DNA of 64,000 bases from Parasitella parasitica NRRL 2501 (taxonomy: Eukaryota > Fungi > Mucoromycota): the NCBI GenBank assembly GCA_025201805.1, contig MU619389.1:1-64000 (forward strand), read 5' to 3'. Of the stretch, positions 24,978 to 39,148 are shown one piece after another (within the stretch, counting starts at the first letter, position 1; each line of letters opens with the position of its first letter). Below the pieces are notes generated by a model. The model was not told the DNA's origin. It worked only from the letters and a program-made list of their open reading frames with translations, and did no database searches. A program made the translations under genes and the position numbers.

Positions 24978-27429
24978 TTAAAGCCATGGCATCCAAGTGC
25001 ATTCCATTTGTGCCATTTTTTGGGGGTTACTTGCTTGAGAAATGAGATCAATGACATTCTGGCTTATAGGCTTTTCCGAATTGATTGTCTAGCAAAGATT
25101 GAAAATGATGAGCAAAAGCTAAATACACAAACATCACAAGCAAAACTGCTCTTACCTTGTCATTGTCCGTTTTACATGATAAAAATCGCGCTTTTGCAAC
25201 GACTTGATTTACATTGGCCTGCACTCTCTCACGGAACTGAGCATCGGTTACTGATCTATGGCTCGACAAGTGCCATGTAATTAGCTCATCTCTCACAAAA
25301 AGACTCAAATACTGATCCAATTCCAAGTCAGGGTCGGTTAAACTACGAGCAGTTGCCATCAAGCAGCTTGTAAAGAGTCCTTCAATACCGACAGGAGTGA
25401 TGTAGTCTTGGATATTGGGTGTGAATCTAAAGGGCACTGTCTCGCCGTTTCCAAGCAATGCATTGTTTTGGTTCCAAACTAATTCAAGAGCATGATAAAT
25501 AAAAGATAAAAAAAAACACACACACAAAGCTAAAGAGCCTTACCAGGAAGTAGTTCAGTCATCCATATTTTTCCAGTTTGCCGAGATATTGTGATTTTAT
25601 GAGGAGTTCGATGACCAATACTAAAGATATAAGACATAAATGTGGCTGTCGCGTACTGAGCAATGAATTGCTTTCGATGTGCCCAGTAATCAGTGTAAGA
25701 GCCGAGCGTGCGAAGCATGTACTAAAATATTTGCCAAAGGTCAACTCAAGCAACAAGTGGCATACTAGGATCATACAAACCTTGCTCAAGATATTGGCGG
25801 GAACCATACTCTTTGCAATTTCAGCATTGATCTCCATTCTCAAGTTTAATATTTCGGCCTTCATGCCTGACACCTAAAGCAAACATGGTCAGTCGTCTCG
25901 TATATACACACAACATAATGGAACCTTACATCTGTGGTCATGTTTGCATTATTCTTGAGTTTTTCAACAAAGTAGGCGAGTGGATCATCCTTGTGCATGT
26001 TTGAGCCATCGCAGTGATCTTCATAAATGTCGTACAGCGTGCAATAAGAGGGGTCATCTTGCACCATACGAACGTTGGGCGCCAAGGGCACAATAGCAGG
26101 CAAATGGAATTGCAAATTCCTCACTCGGCTTTCTTTTTTGCGCTCCAAGACCCCGTTCAATAGTCTAAACAGCTGCATCAATCTCTCCTCGCGACGGAAC
26201 TGGCGAGCAGCAGGGTTTTGTATGATAAACGGATGAAGACTACCATCATTACCACGAATAGTCAAACGACGGAAGCAGTTTCCATAGCTACGAACCACCT
26301 CCACCTGAGGCAAAAATCGGTCAATACGCAAAAAGTCATTCGCGTTGTCCTTGAGCAGCAGATATTGCCCTGGAATCTCGACATCGTCAAACTTTTGATG
26401 CTGGAATTCAACCAAGTAATGACTGCAGGCCTCTAGCTTTTGTTTACGAGGTCGAGCGTCCAACATGGCTTCAAATTTGTCACGCCATAATCTCAGTTTG
26501 GCAACGTACTCTTCCAAGTCCAACTTGGTTGTGGCAAAATCGTGTACAAATGCTGCCCTCATGTGTCCTGGGTACAGACTATCAGCAAAGCGTGCTATGT
26601 TTCCAATCGTCGCAGATGTCAACTGTAGCGTATCATTAGGATTTGTTAGGCGAGAGAGCAATTGCTGCAGAAATTAAGCTTGTGAATTAACATTTTTTTT
26701 CTTGGGAACCTTGTTTTTTTTTTTTTTTTTTGGTTACCTGAGCTCCTTCGTTATATAATGCTACGACAAGGCGGTACATATCTTCGTCGGCTTGAGGCTT
26801 GAATTTGAGCTGGATTTGATCTACCATGGTTTCCATAGATAGCGCTAGCAATGGATATCCAGTTTTAAGCATAGCCATAATTTCATCCAAGGGATGTGCT
26901 GGTGGTCCTGACGTGGTTGGTGTGCCTGGAACAGTTGGATTGCTAGTGGCAGCAGAATTTGGAGTAGAGGTCGCACCGGAAGTAGCACTACCAGTAACTG
27001 CAGCGCCGGTTTGAATAGGAGGCGGAAGCTTCGAAGTAGCAGCAGCGGGCGTAGACTCTGGTTTCTCATCAGAAACAGAAACTTCCTTCTTTTTATCAGC
27101 GTCTCCTTCCTTTTCTGATTTGATGGCAGTTTCCTGATCAGCTTTGTTGCCTGTAGCATCAGTAAGCGCATCACCTTCCAAAACCTTCCCCTTTTCATTA
27201 TCAATATCCATGGACTCGGTTTTGGATTCATCTCCTGCAGACTCTACGGTTTCATCCTTTGGCTTTTGATCAGCATCTTCTTCTGCCAGCTTTTCATCCT
27301 TCTTTTCCTTGTCCACAGAATCTTCCGATGCAGGGCATGCAACCGCTTCCTTTTGAGATGTTTCTGATTTATTGGTATCCGTAGAAGACGTTACTGCAGC
27401 GGCTGTCTGGGTAGAAGCTTTTGAACTAG

Positions 27430-27462
<33 letters not shown>

Positions 27463-30400
27463 TTGACTTCTTCATCATTTCTTCTTTAGCAGTACGAAGT
27501 TGAAAGTGCAGTGCCTACGATAATAAGGATCAATACAATGTAAAAAAAAAAAAAGTCCCAAATAACATATTGCTTGCCTGAGGAAATTGCTTTGCAATCC
27601 TAATCAAAATAGCACGGGCATGCTTAGCTTCTCTTTGCTGCAACCCCATCAAAAGTTGAGGGATGAATGTAACCCAGTACCAAACAGGCCATTCTCCTTT
27701 ATAGCCTTCAAAGGCACGAGAGATTGTGCCATTTGCATCATCCAGACTAAGCAACCAAAGAACACGCAAAAGATACTTTCTGGCCTTGGAGTTTTTATAG
27801 ATACCAGCCGCTTGCAAGTAGCAGCTGACTGCATTGTTTGCCCAACTCAAATCTGCTGGATTCTCCCTGAGTCTTCCGTCATTATACCTACCCCACTCTG
27901 CCCACGCTCTAGGCAGAGATAGGTCGATTTGAACAGCGTTAACAAACGCCTCGTTTGCTTCGTTACATTGATTCAGCTTGGCGAGGAACTGGCCCTTGAG
28001 AGTGTAGAACTCTGCCTTTTGTTGCAGAGAAAAGTAGTTGAGGTTGGTGTTTGTGATGACGTCCAAACCGGCAGCCAGCATGTTGGGATCATGATAATAG
28101 CATTTGGCTTGCTCACGCAGCTTCAAAAAGGCCTCTTGTATCTCAATGTTGGGCAAAGTGTAGATCTTTGTCAGCTGGCTGATGCAGACATCGTTTAGCT
28201 TGTGCTTTCTTGCAATATGAGCAAATCTGTTGGTGATCCAGGCTGTCTCGTGGTATCCTCGGTAGGCAAATGAGTTTCCGTTCTGTCCGTTGGCTTGATT
28301 TATCTGGTTAGGAAGCATGGGAATGATGGGCACATACGCACGGTTGATGGCGTTAAAGACGTGTCGACGCCAAGCAACTGTGTCGCTCCACATGTTGATA
28401 TCGTCCCAAGCATTTGGTAATCGTTCACGCCAAGTGCCCAAGATACTCTTGAGCTCGTTTGAACGCTGCTCCAGGTTCTGGACATTGGTGGTCACCAAGC
28501 TGGAAAACACTTGGCTCGCTTCATGCAGTTCGAGATACTGCTGGAACACTTGGAGTAGAGGCAGATGGCTCTGAGACACAATGCGAGGTAAAGCGTACCA
28601 CTTTTTCAAAGACAATTGAACGCCTTCCTCGCAAATACGTGTGAACTCGACCAACCTGTCATCTGTCGTTTGCGATTTGATCAAGGCCAAGAAGGCTTCC
28701 ATTGCCTTTTGACGTGGCGTGGGTGTTTCCGATATCTGAGCAACCGACTGTTCCAAATTTTCACGCTCTGCTGCCCAATCAGACAATCGCCAGGCACAAT
28801 CAAGCAGCAGCTTTGTGTTGCCGTCGTGCCTTGACAGGTCGGCAAGAATATCCCACTGCTGCAGCTTTTGCGAACAGGAAATCCAGTGATCTTCCCAAAG
28901 CATGTACTCGGATTCAGTAAAGGGAAGGACGCCACTGCGCGCTTTGATTTGGGCATTTTCATACATGGATTGCGCTTGAGACCAGTTGCTGATTTGCTCG
29001 TACGAAACAGCCACGTTGGTTTCCGCATAGGTGCTGCGACGTCTCCATAAGCCATAGAACATGTCGGTTTCGTCCAATTCAGCATACAGATCAGACAAGG
29101 CGTCCAGCGTACGCTCTTTGTTGTTGATGTCGTCCTTTGAAGATTCCGCAATACGGCCATGCAAAGCAGATTGCTGCAGAATTTCCATGGAGGTATGCCA
29201 GGCGTTATGCGTCTTACCAAGATACTTGACGAGATGAGGCGGAAGTTTGATGAGCGAGGTGGTGTTTGCTATGCCAGTCAATAAGGCCTGAACAACGTTG
29301 GGGCGCAGTTCGGCCTGCTTGTTGTGGTAATCTTTAGCCAACAGATTAATAACAACCTTGGTCATGTCATGTTGTTCAGTGCTGGTTAAGATGGACCAGC
29401 ACATGGGAAACAGATCCACCCAGAGCCTGAATGCCGTGTCAGCATCGAGGTACTGCAGGTAGCGAGTGCTGGTAATAGCGCTGTTGACATCAGAAGTCTG
29501 CAAACCTTTCAAAAAGTCTTGGTGTTGTTGGACAATGTCATTGAGTTCGGACGGAACATCCATCTCTGTAGGCTCAGCTTGGTTGCCGACGGATTTGATG
29601 GATTTGATTTTGAGCGTATGAGGCGCTACTATGTGTGGGTTAACTTTGATCGCACCAAACAGCATATCCAGGGCCTGGTGGATCCAGAAGGTGGTGGATA
29701 GAGATTCCCAATTTTGGACGCCCAGAATATAGTTCAAGCGTGTGTATGCTGTGCGGCTGATGCTGCGATCAAAGACACGCATGAACTGACAACGAATCTG
29801 GGGGGTTTCATTCCGAGTGCCCAGCAAGAAGGCCTGTTCCAGACGAACGGTTAATTCAGAGCGAGCAAACGAGGGATTGCTGTAAATCTTGATGACCAGA
29901 TCGAGATAATCGTCAGTCAAGCTTGAGTCGTTGCGGCTCTCCAAGCTCATCATCTTGACCAGCAAACCAGCTTTTTCCTTGACAGTAGGGAAGGTCTCTG
30001 TCTTGTTGAGAGTCCATTCTGTCAGCATGTCCAGAATGGCGTGCAGCAGCTGAACGTCTGGAGACTTTTCTATCAGCTGGATGAGACATGTCAAGAACCA
30101 GCGACGCTGATCGCCAAGATGTGAGATTCTCTTCTTCAAGAGGTTGAGGCCCAAGATCAGCAGATTCACCTGAGAATCATGAGCAGTCAATGCAGACGCA
30201 GTGGATGCAGACGTGATGTGGTCTTTTGTGAGCTTTTGAAGCATCTTGACAATGCCAGGAACAAAGGGGTCAAGTTGCTCGTTGCGCCCGGTGCTGGCAG
30301 CTTGGAGTAGCTTCAAGACGGCGTAAATATTGTTCATACTAGCCATTCCGTCTGTAATGGTAGAATCGACGAGTGAAACAAATGCAGCTACATCAGGATG

Positions 30401-33400
30401 CTGCGGCTCTTCTCTATTTTCAGCGCTCGTCGTTTGATTAATGGCACCGAATATGAGCGATAGCACCTGTTGAAGAGCGGTATGAATGCGAACGTTATCG
30501 GATTTGATGCTATTTTCCAGCAAGCGGAAGAGCTGGTTCATGTTCACAATGAACCATTCGTGCGGCTTATGAGCAATATCAATCGTCAATATCTCCAGCG
30601 CACTGCAGACACTGGATACCAAAATCTCGTTCATCTCTTTGACATTCAGCGTACGCTCCAAATGAGTAAACTTGATGTGAACATCAGACCAGACTCCAGG
30701 CTCCAGAAACTTTTTGATGAGATTCAGCACGCGCTGGACGAGTCTTTTTTGAATCATGTCAGAAGGATTGTAGACAGTGCATGCCAAACGCACAAGGTAG
30801 CCGATAGTATTCTCTCTCAAAGTAAGCGTAGGGATGTACTCTTTGCTAGCCGCAGCATCCGATGTAGTGCTGGTTGATAGAGCCGCAGCCTTAATTTCAC
30901 CGTCAGCACCTTCGGCCTTGCTCTTCTTTGTAGGCGTATCAGGCGCAGAATCAGCCGAGCGTTTGCCAGATGGAGACAAGGGTGCTTGCTCCTCTTCCTT
31001 CTTCTTTGGCATGCTCTTGATGCGAGTCTCTTCCCAGCTGAGCACCAATTCGGCCAATTCGACAGTGAGTAGCTTGTTTTCAGGCGTTGCATTTTGGAGT
31101 AGACCGAGTTTGGGAAGAGCATTGATGATTTGAGGCAGGAAATGCTCGCGATAGTCATAAAAGAGCGTCGGTTGACGTACCAGGAGCTGGTACACATTGA
31201 CCATCTGCGAAATGCTATGCGTGTCTTCCACTATGACCCTGCGAGTCAGACGGATCCACGTAGGCACTCTTTCGTTGGCGGCTAAAGGCACACGCTTGGG
31301 AAGCACAGGCGAAATGATATCCAGGCCCTGCTTCACCAGCGTACGAGCCTCAGACAAATGAGCGCGCAAAAGCGCAGCATATATTTGGATGACGATCTTG
31401 CTTGGAGTCTCGAAAGCAGTGATGAAGCGGGCAATGAGGACGTAGGCTGCTTGTTTGCAGGTAGCGTCCTCCAAGCGCAAATAATGCCAACCAAACTTGA
31501 TGACATCCTTACGCATGTCCGTCATAAGCTGGGGCGCGTATTGGATAATCATGGCTGTCAACTGAAGCAGCTCGATACGTAAAGAGTCCTCTGCATACTG
31601 ATCTTCATCGCCAAAATCAGAGGAAAAATTCCCCCAAATCTTGCCATGCAGTTGCTCCATCATCTTGGAGTCAAGTACCTGAGCACAGTTGCCGTCTTTT
31701 CTCGTAATGGTCACCAACAGGGAAGGGTTAATGACATGGCGCAGCATCATCATGCGCAAGTAAGGCGGCACAGAAATGTCAGTGTATTGCTGCAAAAACC
31801 GTTCGACGATGAGTCTCTTTTGCTCGGCAGAGTAGTTGAGGGCAACATCGTTTAAAAAGAACTCACGCAGATAAGAAAGATCCATGACAGATTCCTGTGC
31901 AAACAGAGCAGCCACTTCAAACGTAACTTCAATGTTGTCTGGATTAAGACGCAGATACACAATGAATATCTGAGACAGGTACATGGATTCATGGGTCATT
32001 TGAAGGCCATGCTCGTCGTCTTTTTTCATAATGTCAAAGCGAGCAGGCGAACGCCATAGCGCCAGTAAGCTCTCCAAAAGCTCATGCTGGCCCAGCAACC
32101 AGTTGGGGTTGTTGGCAACGATTTCGCGCACGATGAGGACACCTTGGTAATGCATAGTGGCATTATCGGCGACCTGAAATGTCTTTTCAATCAACATTTT
32201 GGGTGATTTTGCTACTTCATCACGAAGCTGCTCGGCATTTTCTGTGCTGAGCACATCAATGAATAGATGGCTATGGCCAGGCTGATCCAAGCGATCGTAG
32301 AAATAGGCTACTGTTTCAGCAGGATACCGGTTTAGATACTTGATTAGGTTGGGTCTGAAGGGGCTGGAGATGGACCGGCGAAGATGACCCTCCATTTCCA
32401 ATACAACCGTAACCAAGTCATCCAAAAAGATGTGAGCAGCAGCAGGCAACAGATGAAAAATATTCAAAATAGCAACGATAATCTTGACTTCATGGTTCTC
32501 GCTTAGGTTCTTGCTGGCAGCCTCCTGCAACACCTTGGGTTCAGCCCACTGTCTTAGATGGTCCAACAGCTTTTTGCCAATCTCCACCTTGAAGTAATTT
32601 GTCAGTAACTCAAGCAACCGAGCAAGGCCCTCGAGACCAGCAACGCTCAACGTCTTGTGGTTGGATAGAGTGGTCAAGATGGGACGAAGACCCTGCTGAA
32701 GCAGCTCTTTGGGCAGTTTGTGCTGTTGAGCAAGAACTTGCTTAAGTCCACGATGCGCCGCCTCCACTACCTCGGGCGCCTTGGAATAAAGAGACTTGAA
32801 GAACACTTGGATGATACGAGCGCGGGTATGTGTTTGACGCTGGTTTGAGAAATCAGAGCAGGCCATTGCTGCCGACAAGAGTTTGATGCACACAATGCGA
32901 AGGTTCATCAAAGAGGTTGCATTCTTGTACTGCGAACTTCTGCTGACCAGAGCCTGGTCTTCTGCATCGGCAAGCGCCAACGCCTCATGAAGCAGGCGAA
33001 TCAGCTCGTCGTTAAAGTCCAAGAAAGGCGGTCTCAGCGTGAGGCAGTAGGTGATGGCATCAATGTGGCCAATTTGCATGGCAAACGGAAGGGCGCGAAG
33101 TGGTTTCGCAAAGATAGGAGCTACCAGGCGCTCTCTAACAGGAGCCAGAAGCTCAGTTACTTCATTGCCGGTCAAATCAGCAAGCAGCTGGAACGAAGAC
33201 TGGATCGTTTCTCGCACGGCACTATTCGAGTTTGACAGTTCGCTCAACAGCAAGGCAATTAGGTTCTGGAATTTTTGCTGAGCCTCCTGTGATTCATCGT
33301 CTTCTGGGCGGTTACAGACCTTGAGGACGTGCGAGAGCGTTTGCGTCGCTTCTACCGTATTCACGTTGGCCATTTCAGGAGACGCGTCCTTGAGGACAAA

Positions 33401-36400
33401 CAACAGAGAGCGAATAAAGTCAAGCTCATGCTCGCGCATCCATTTGGTGCCCATATCAAGCTGTGAGCTGATGATGGAGATGCCCAGACATCCGCCACGT
33501 TTGCTGAACCACTCTTGTTTGTAGCAGCAAGAGCCAAACTGCGAAGCGAACACACGAAAGATGGGCAGCTGCCAAACATAGTCCTTGCTGCCCAGCACCC
33601 TGACGGCGGTATCAAAGCACAGTTGCACAGACTCCTCAGCACGAGCCTTCAGCTTGGCATCTTGAGACGAGATGACCTTGACGATAGCGTCCACCAAGAT
33701 TGTCGTATTCAAACTTTGCACTGAGAGCCTTTCGTCCAACATGTCTGACAAAGGCTTGGTTTCAGTCTCCTTGGCCTCGATAGCCTCACCAATGTGCAAT
33801 AACATGAAATGGCGACAAATGTTTTCAAACAATGGCCAAGCGTCGTCAGCAAGTTCGGCAAGCGTAGACGCCTTGATGATGGCAACCAGCATAGTTCGCA
33901 GTGAGTCTTCTTGAGCAACGCGTTTTGAGAGATATTTGATGTATCCGTTACCAGCCAACCTTTTAGGTTTCAAGCCAGACTCGGAAAGCGCATCACCAAC
34001 AACAGTGCTCTCGCCCTCAGGCAGCTTTTCAGAGGACGATGATGATGATGCATGCATGCCCACATCCTCATCCACGTTTACGTCCACGTCAACGTCAGCG
34101 TCAGCGTCAACGTCTACGTCGACATCTACATCTACATCCATATCTACATTGACATCCACATCCATATCAGTAGCTATTTTCTCGTCGTCCTGTTGCTTGG
34201 TCTCTTGCTTTTCACTAGTCGTAGAAGTGATCGCATCTGATTGCAAAAGATGCCCCTTGATGCGTTGATACAGTGATTGAGCCAGGTTATCCGGGCCTTC
34301 ATCTAATTCCAGTATCATCACAATGTTGGCCTTGAGGAATTCATAGGCCTGCTTCTTGTAGAATATATCTGCGTCTCGCTTTTCCAATGTATTACAAGCA
34401 ACATGCAAGCATTTATCCAGCGGAAGCGTATGCGGTGTACTATTGGCATCAAACACGATCTCTACTGAAACACCGCTTTCGATGCGCTTGTCATAATCAA
34501 GCTCTGGAGGCCTGTTGAGCATGCGTCTATTTCTACCTCCAAGCTTGCCTAGGATTCGCATGGCCACATGGGAATGCTGTTGGCTATACGGCAAAGGACG
34601 TAGATGGCTCCACAGAGCGCTCATCAGCTCCTCCATCACGGGCGCCATGATTTGGTCCAAAAACTCGGGGTTCAAGTTGTCATTACAGAGCTCCATGGTC
34701 CTTAGACCTTGACTGACCAGCTCTTGGTCTGCTTGCAGGGCAATAACCAGCGGTTTCATCAGATATGGCAGGTAGGGCAACAGAGTACTCAGCCGCACAG
34801 GCACAGCTAAACATAGCTCGACAAACAGGTTTCGCATCTCGGTGCGATGTGCCAGCGTCAATAGAGAGTTTAGATTTTCGAGCAACACCTGCAAAAGGGG
34901 AGACACCTCCTTGTAGAGCAATTCAAATCTTCCGCCGCCAATGCTTTTGAACAGCAGGCGCAATAGCAAAAAGTAATTTGCAGGCTCCTTGGCTTTGGCA
35001 GAGAGTTTGAAGCAGGATGTTACCAGGTTTCCGAGGTATGGCTGCAGAATGACTTCATTCATATCTGGAAAGAGGTTGATCGCCATGAAAGCCAAGCGAA
35101 ACAGATGGAGCATAACGGCCGAGTAATGCATCTCCTGGTTGCCCAGATGGTCGATACGGTCAATCAAGAAACGAAGCAGGATAGCAGCAAAGCCTTGAGA
35201 AGATATTTCGTTCACGAGAAAGTATTGGGCGATATTTACCAGCGAGGTATTCACAAGCATGCGATTAAAGAAAAAGCTCGTTTGGGACACAAAAATCTCC
35301 TGGAATACGGCCGGGTCGAGAAGTGTAAAGACGGTAGCAAACATGTCCAAAATCTCCTTTTCGGCAGCGATCTGGGTGCTGATTTTCAGTGATAGCTCGT
35401 TGCATCCAATGGCATCTTCCTCGACCTCTTGTTTCTTTGCAATTTCGTTGGGAGGGCATCCGTCAGGGCCGTAGTTATCGATATTGTAATACTCAAAACA
35501 CACGAGCCCTTCTTTAAAGAGTCGTACGAATATACACACGTCTTCCTCAGAAAACCCGCGCGCAAATTGGGCGTAAGATGGCGTGTTCGTATCAGCTGTT
35601 GGTGCAGGGTTGCAGTGTCGCAAACCAATAAATAAAGGCTTCAAGCCTATAGCAAGATTCTTGAATAAGAACCGTCCATCTTTGACGCCGTCTTGTTGGG
35701 GATCGAACGAAAAAGAAGCTGTGTGGATCGAGCGAAACTTGTCGAAATCAAAGTCGTCGTTAATGATATCCTCCATGTCCGCGTCTTTCTGCGGTGGTGG
35801 TGCATCTGCTTCCGCTTCTGCTTCCGCGCCTGCGCCCGCGTCTGCCTCTGCCTCTGCCTCTGCTTCTGCCTCTGCCTCTACCTCTGTCTCTGCTTCTGCT
35901 TCTGCCTCTGCTTCTGCTTCTGCTTCTGCTGTGTCTTGAGACGTTTTACTCTTTCTAATATGCTGTTTCAAGCAAGATTTAAACTGTATGTTTAATGCCG
36001 CAAACTTGCTCGCAAAGGCGTCCAAAATACGCATCAGCAAGTCTCGACCCTCTTTTTTATTGGGAATTTTAATTATACAATCGATCAGGTTGAGCAGCAG
36101 CTTTCCGCACATGGTCTGTATGCTGGGTGCTAATGTAGGGTCGTGAAGGTTGCGTGAGTAGATGTATACAGTTCGATAGAGCTGGCTAGGCGTGAGTTCG
36201 GATCGAATGTGGTGAACGAGATCTGCAAGCATGCTGTAGGCCAAAGGTCTAGCACAAAACGCAACTTGTCAACACCCTCTGCTGCATATAAATTCGCTCT
36301 TTTGATCTCTTACCGTAAAGTATCATGCGACGTAACGCCTGTACCAATCAGAACCTTTTCATTAAGCAATAATTCAATTTTTGGCACAAATGAAGACCTG

Positions 36401-37668
36401 AAATCAGTCGACAGAATGTGTCTTGTCGCCACTAAAAGCTCTTTTCTTGTACCCGAAGACTCGGGAGGGCATTCTCGCAAAAGCCGCAATACAAAATCCG
36501 GGATTTGGTTTTGAAATGGTCGTAAAAATTGAGTATAGCTTCTTAAAATGTAGGCTAGAAATGACATTGTCTTGACTTGTGCAACAATGAAATCGTTATA
36601 CACTGATCTGTTCCTGATCTCTGAACTGACACCAACAAAAACCTCGCCACGAGCCTGCGCAGCGTTGGCAGCTTCTGCTTGAGGTTTAGCTTGCAGACTT
36701 AGCATCTACCATTGAATACCGGTTAATATATATATGTATATACATATATAAAAGGGGATCTCGTCGTACCTGAAAAATAAGAGGCACAAATTTCATAATG
36801 TTTTCAGTGGCATAGCGTCGATGTGATTGAAACAGCAAAACAACGATAATCGGGCATTCTGTCAACACTTTGAAACTAAACATACTCTTTGGCAAGGGCT
36901 TTGATGGAGACTCTGGTAGCTCTGCGGCTGTTGGTGAGTTGGGCCGTGGTGAAGCTGCTAATAATGGGTTGGTTCCAGGCTATTGCACACACACAGAAAC
37001 TAATTAGTAACGTGCGCGGATAGAATACTAACAAAGCTACTTTACGGTTGCAGAGCCGATGGGTGTGTTGGGAGCGTCAAACACATCCTTCACTGTCTGC
37101 TCCATATTTTTGAAAATCTCTTGCACAATGTCTAGAAATGGCTGAACCTGATCCTCGAGAATTTGCCTGAAGGTGCGGTGCAGATCAATGATGATTTTGA
37201 CACAAACGACAGCATTGTCTTCGTTTTCGACCCGGAGCAGGTGCATCAGCATCTTACATAGATCAACGGCATATTCCTTTAATGCGTCTGTTTGCGGCAG
37301 TCGATAAATAATTTCCAAAATGATGTTGCGTAGTCTCTACAGAGATGATGAATATACTGCAGATGTGCAATGATGAGCTGTGTGCCTTACTTGTTCAGGA
37401 ACATTGCTTTGAAACACTGGATTTCCGTTCTGCAAAATGTCTACGAATACCGGGATTAATGTAGCTAGAAATCTAGGGTATTCCAAGGTTTGGAAAACCT
37501 CTACTTGATCTCTCAATTCATTTGCAATGGTTACTTTTAGCCCAGGAGCTATCATGGATGGTTAATGACGACATCTCATTTGCATCCTGTCTTTTCTTTT
37601 TTTCCTTTTCTTTTCTTACCCAAGTTTGGATCGCCTAGTCTATGCGCGTAGACTTGTAAGGTCGTCAT
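24978..37668 (-). CDS. TRA1: Tra1/TRRAP PIKK-family pseudokinase (SAGA/NuA4 subunit), multi-exon
   Basis: [44 protein letters not shown] domain, kinase-like domain with HRTPHKI (no catalytic Asp), [10 protein letters not shown] and C-terminal WMPWL*. One ~8.7-kb exon. Start 37668 is inferred. Confidence 0.96.
34070..34165. repeat. Imperfect hexamer repeat encoding (DV)n in Tra1
   Basis: [33 protein letters not shown] in the Tra1 translation. Confidence 0.8.
35802..35930. repeat. (TCTGCY)n hexamer repeat encoding (AE)n in Tra1
   Basis: [39 protein letters not shown]. Confidence 0.85.
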
Positions 37669-39148
37669 GTGTGCAAATTAATGGCTGTTGGAATGGCAGT
37701 TTGGGATGCGGAAATCAAGAGAATGTGCCGTATATGAAAGAAATGTCGAATGTTGGAAGTGCATCCAAAAGGTTCAAATACCTGGATATTTACTTATCAC
37801 GTGGAGTGACCTGCTATTAAAGATGTCCTCTGCGCAAAACTGTGTTCACGTTCAATGGATATGTGAACAGCGCACTGAAATATGCAATTGTTTTTTTTTT
37901 GTCAGACGTGCTTGATATTTATGGCCCATGTACTTGTTATTGGAGGGCTCAGGCATCTGCTAATTTGGCTCGTCATTGCTGGTGTTAGCAGCATTGGAGC
38001 CATATTCAGTGCTAAAACAATCAGAACGAGGTTTGTTGAACGGCAGAGCTTTAGCCGTGTTTTCAAATCAAAATTATTTGGCTCCTGTTGATCTTGATTA
38101 TTATGCATGTTCAGACAATATGGGCCCTTGAACAAGTTGTCTAATATTGTGCACTTTCCAATTAGAGATTTCCGTACATATATTCCGAAATGAGCATAAA
38201 CACTTTTGAGGGTACCTATTGACCCTCGTGATTCTGATCAGCATTAGAACCATGTGCGAACACCTGTTCCATACGAAAACTCCATTAGAGTATTTTTATT
38301 GCTTGTGTCAAGTCAAGCCAGCAACAACTGTTTTTCCAAAAGCTTTGAACTTTGGAGTCTACTCTTCTGACACTTTTTTCGAGTCAATACCCGTAATCTT
38401 GTTTGTCACTATTTTGCCAATTGTTTTTGATATTGGACCATCGATACTTCGTACCCCCCCCCCCCTCCCTTTGGTAATTTTCAATTGATTTAGTCTGTAG
38501 TTGTTAAAGTGCCCTCTGCCTCAACTGCTCTTTTTCAAAAGTACTATTATGCCATGGGTCCATTATTCTGATAACACCATTCAAACGCTATGGTTTATTG
38601 TACAATCTACTGGTGTATCTTAATGAGCTAGCAAGTCTCTTTCTGTTCCTTGTGTCCAAAAATAGCAGCAGTGGCATATCGAATCAACAATTCTTGGCTC
38701 GAATACATTTTGATTCCATTTTGAACACTGCCAGTCATTTTCAAACATGTTTCTCAAGGCCCCCCCCCCATATACTCAAGCACCTTTCTTTAGGAAGTAC
38801 CAGGATACTTCAATCACATCTATGGTTCTAAACAATGGTGATATGTCTCTAAGATAACACAAAATAAGCGTTTTAATAATGAGACCTGATTCATTATTTG
38901 TAACTGTTGGCTCTTTCTCTTCACTATATGTAAATCTGCTTCATTATGAGGCCTCTATTGTTCTGTATTCTGATTCAGTCTATTCGTGGTCCCATTACAA
39001 TGCATAACGTACATTTGAAGTTGAATGGCACAGCATACTGTTAAAAACCAAGCCCCACAGTAGAGACTTGATCTCATGAGTATAGACGAAATGGATATAA
39101 AAAGAAGGTGTCGTCTGGAGCTGATTAGGTATTTATCTATTACAACAA

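Noticed and set aside
25530-25718. Missing catalytic residues in the Tra1 kinase-like domain
   Set aside because: A known property of Tra1/TRRAP pseudokinases; not novel.
27530-36244. Numerous antisense and overlapping short ORFs in Tra1, MDH, ZNF830, LTV1 and BFR1
   Set aside because: Shadow ORFs caused by codon bias on the coding strand; no motifs.
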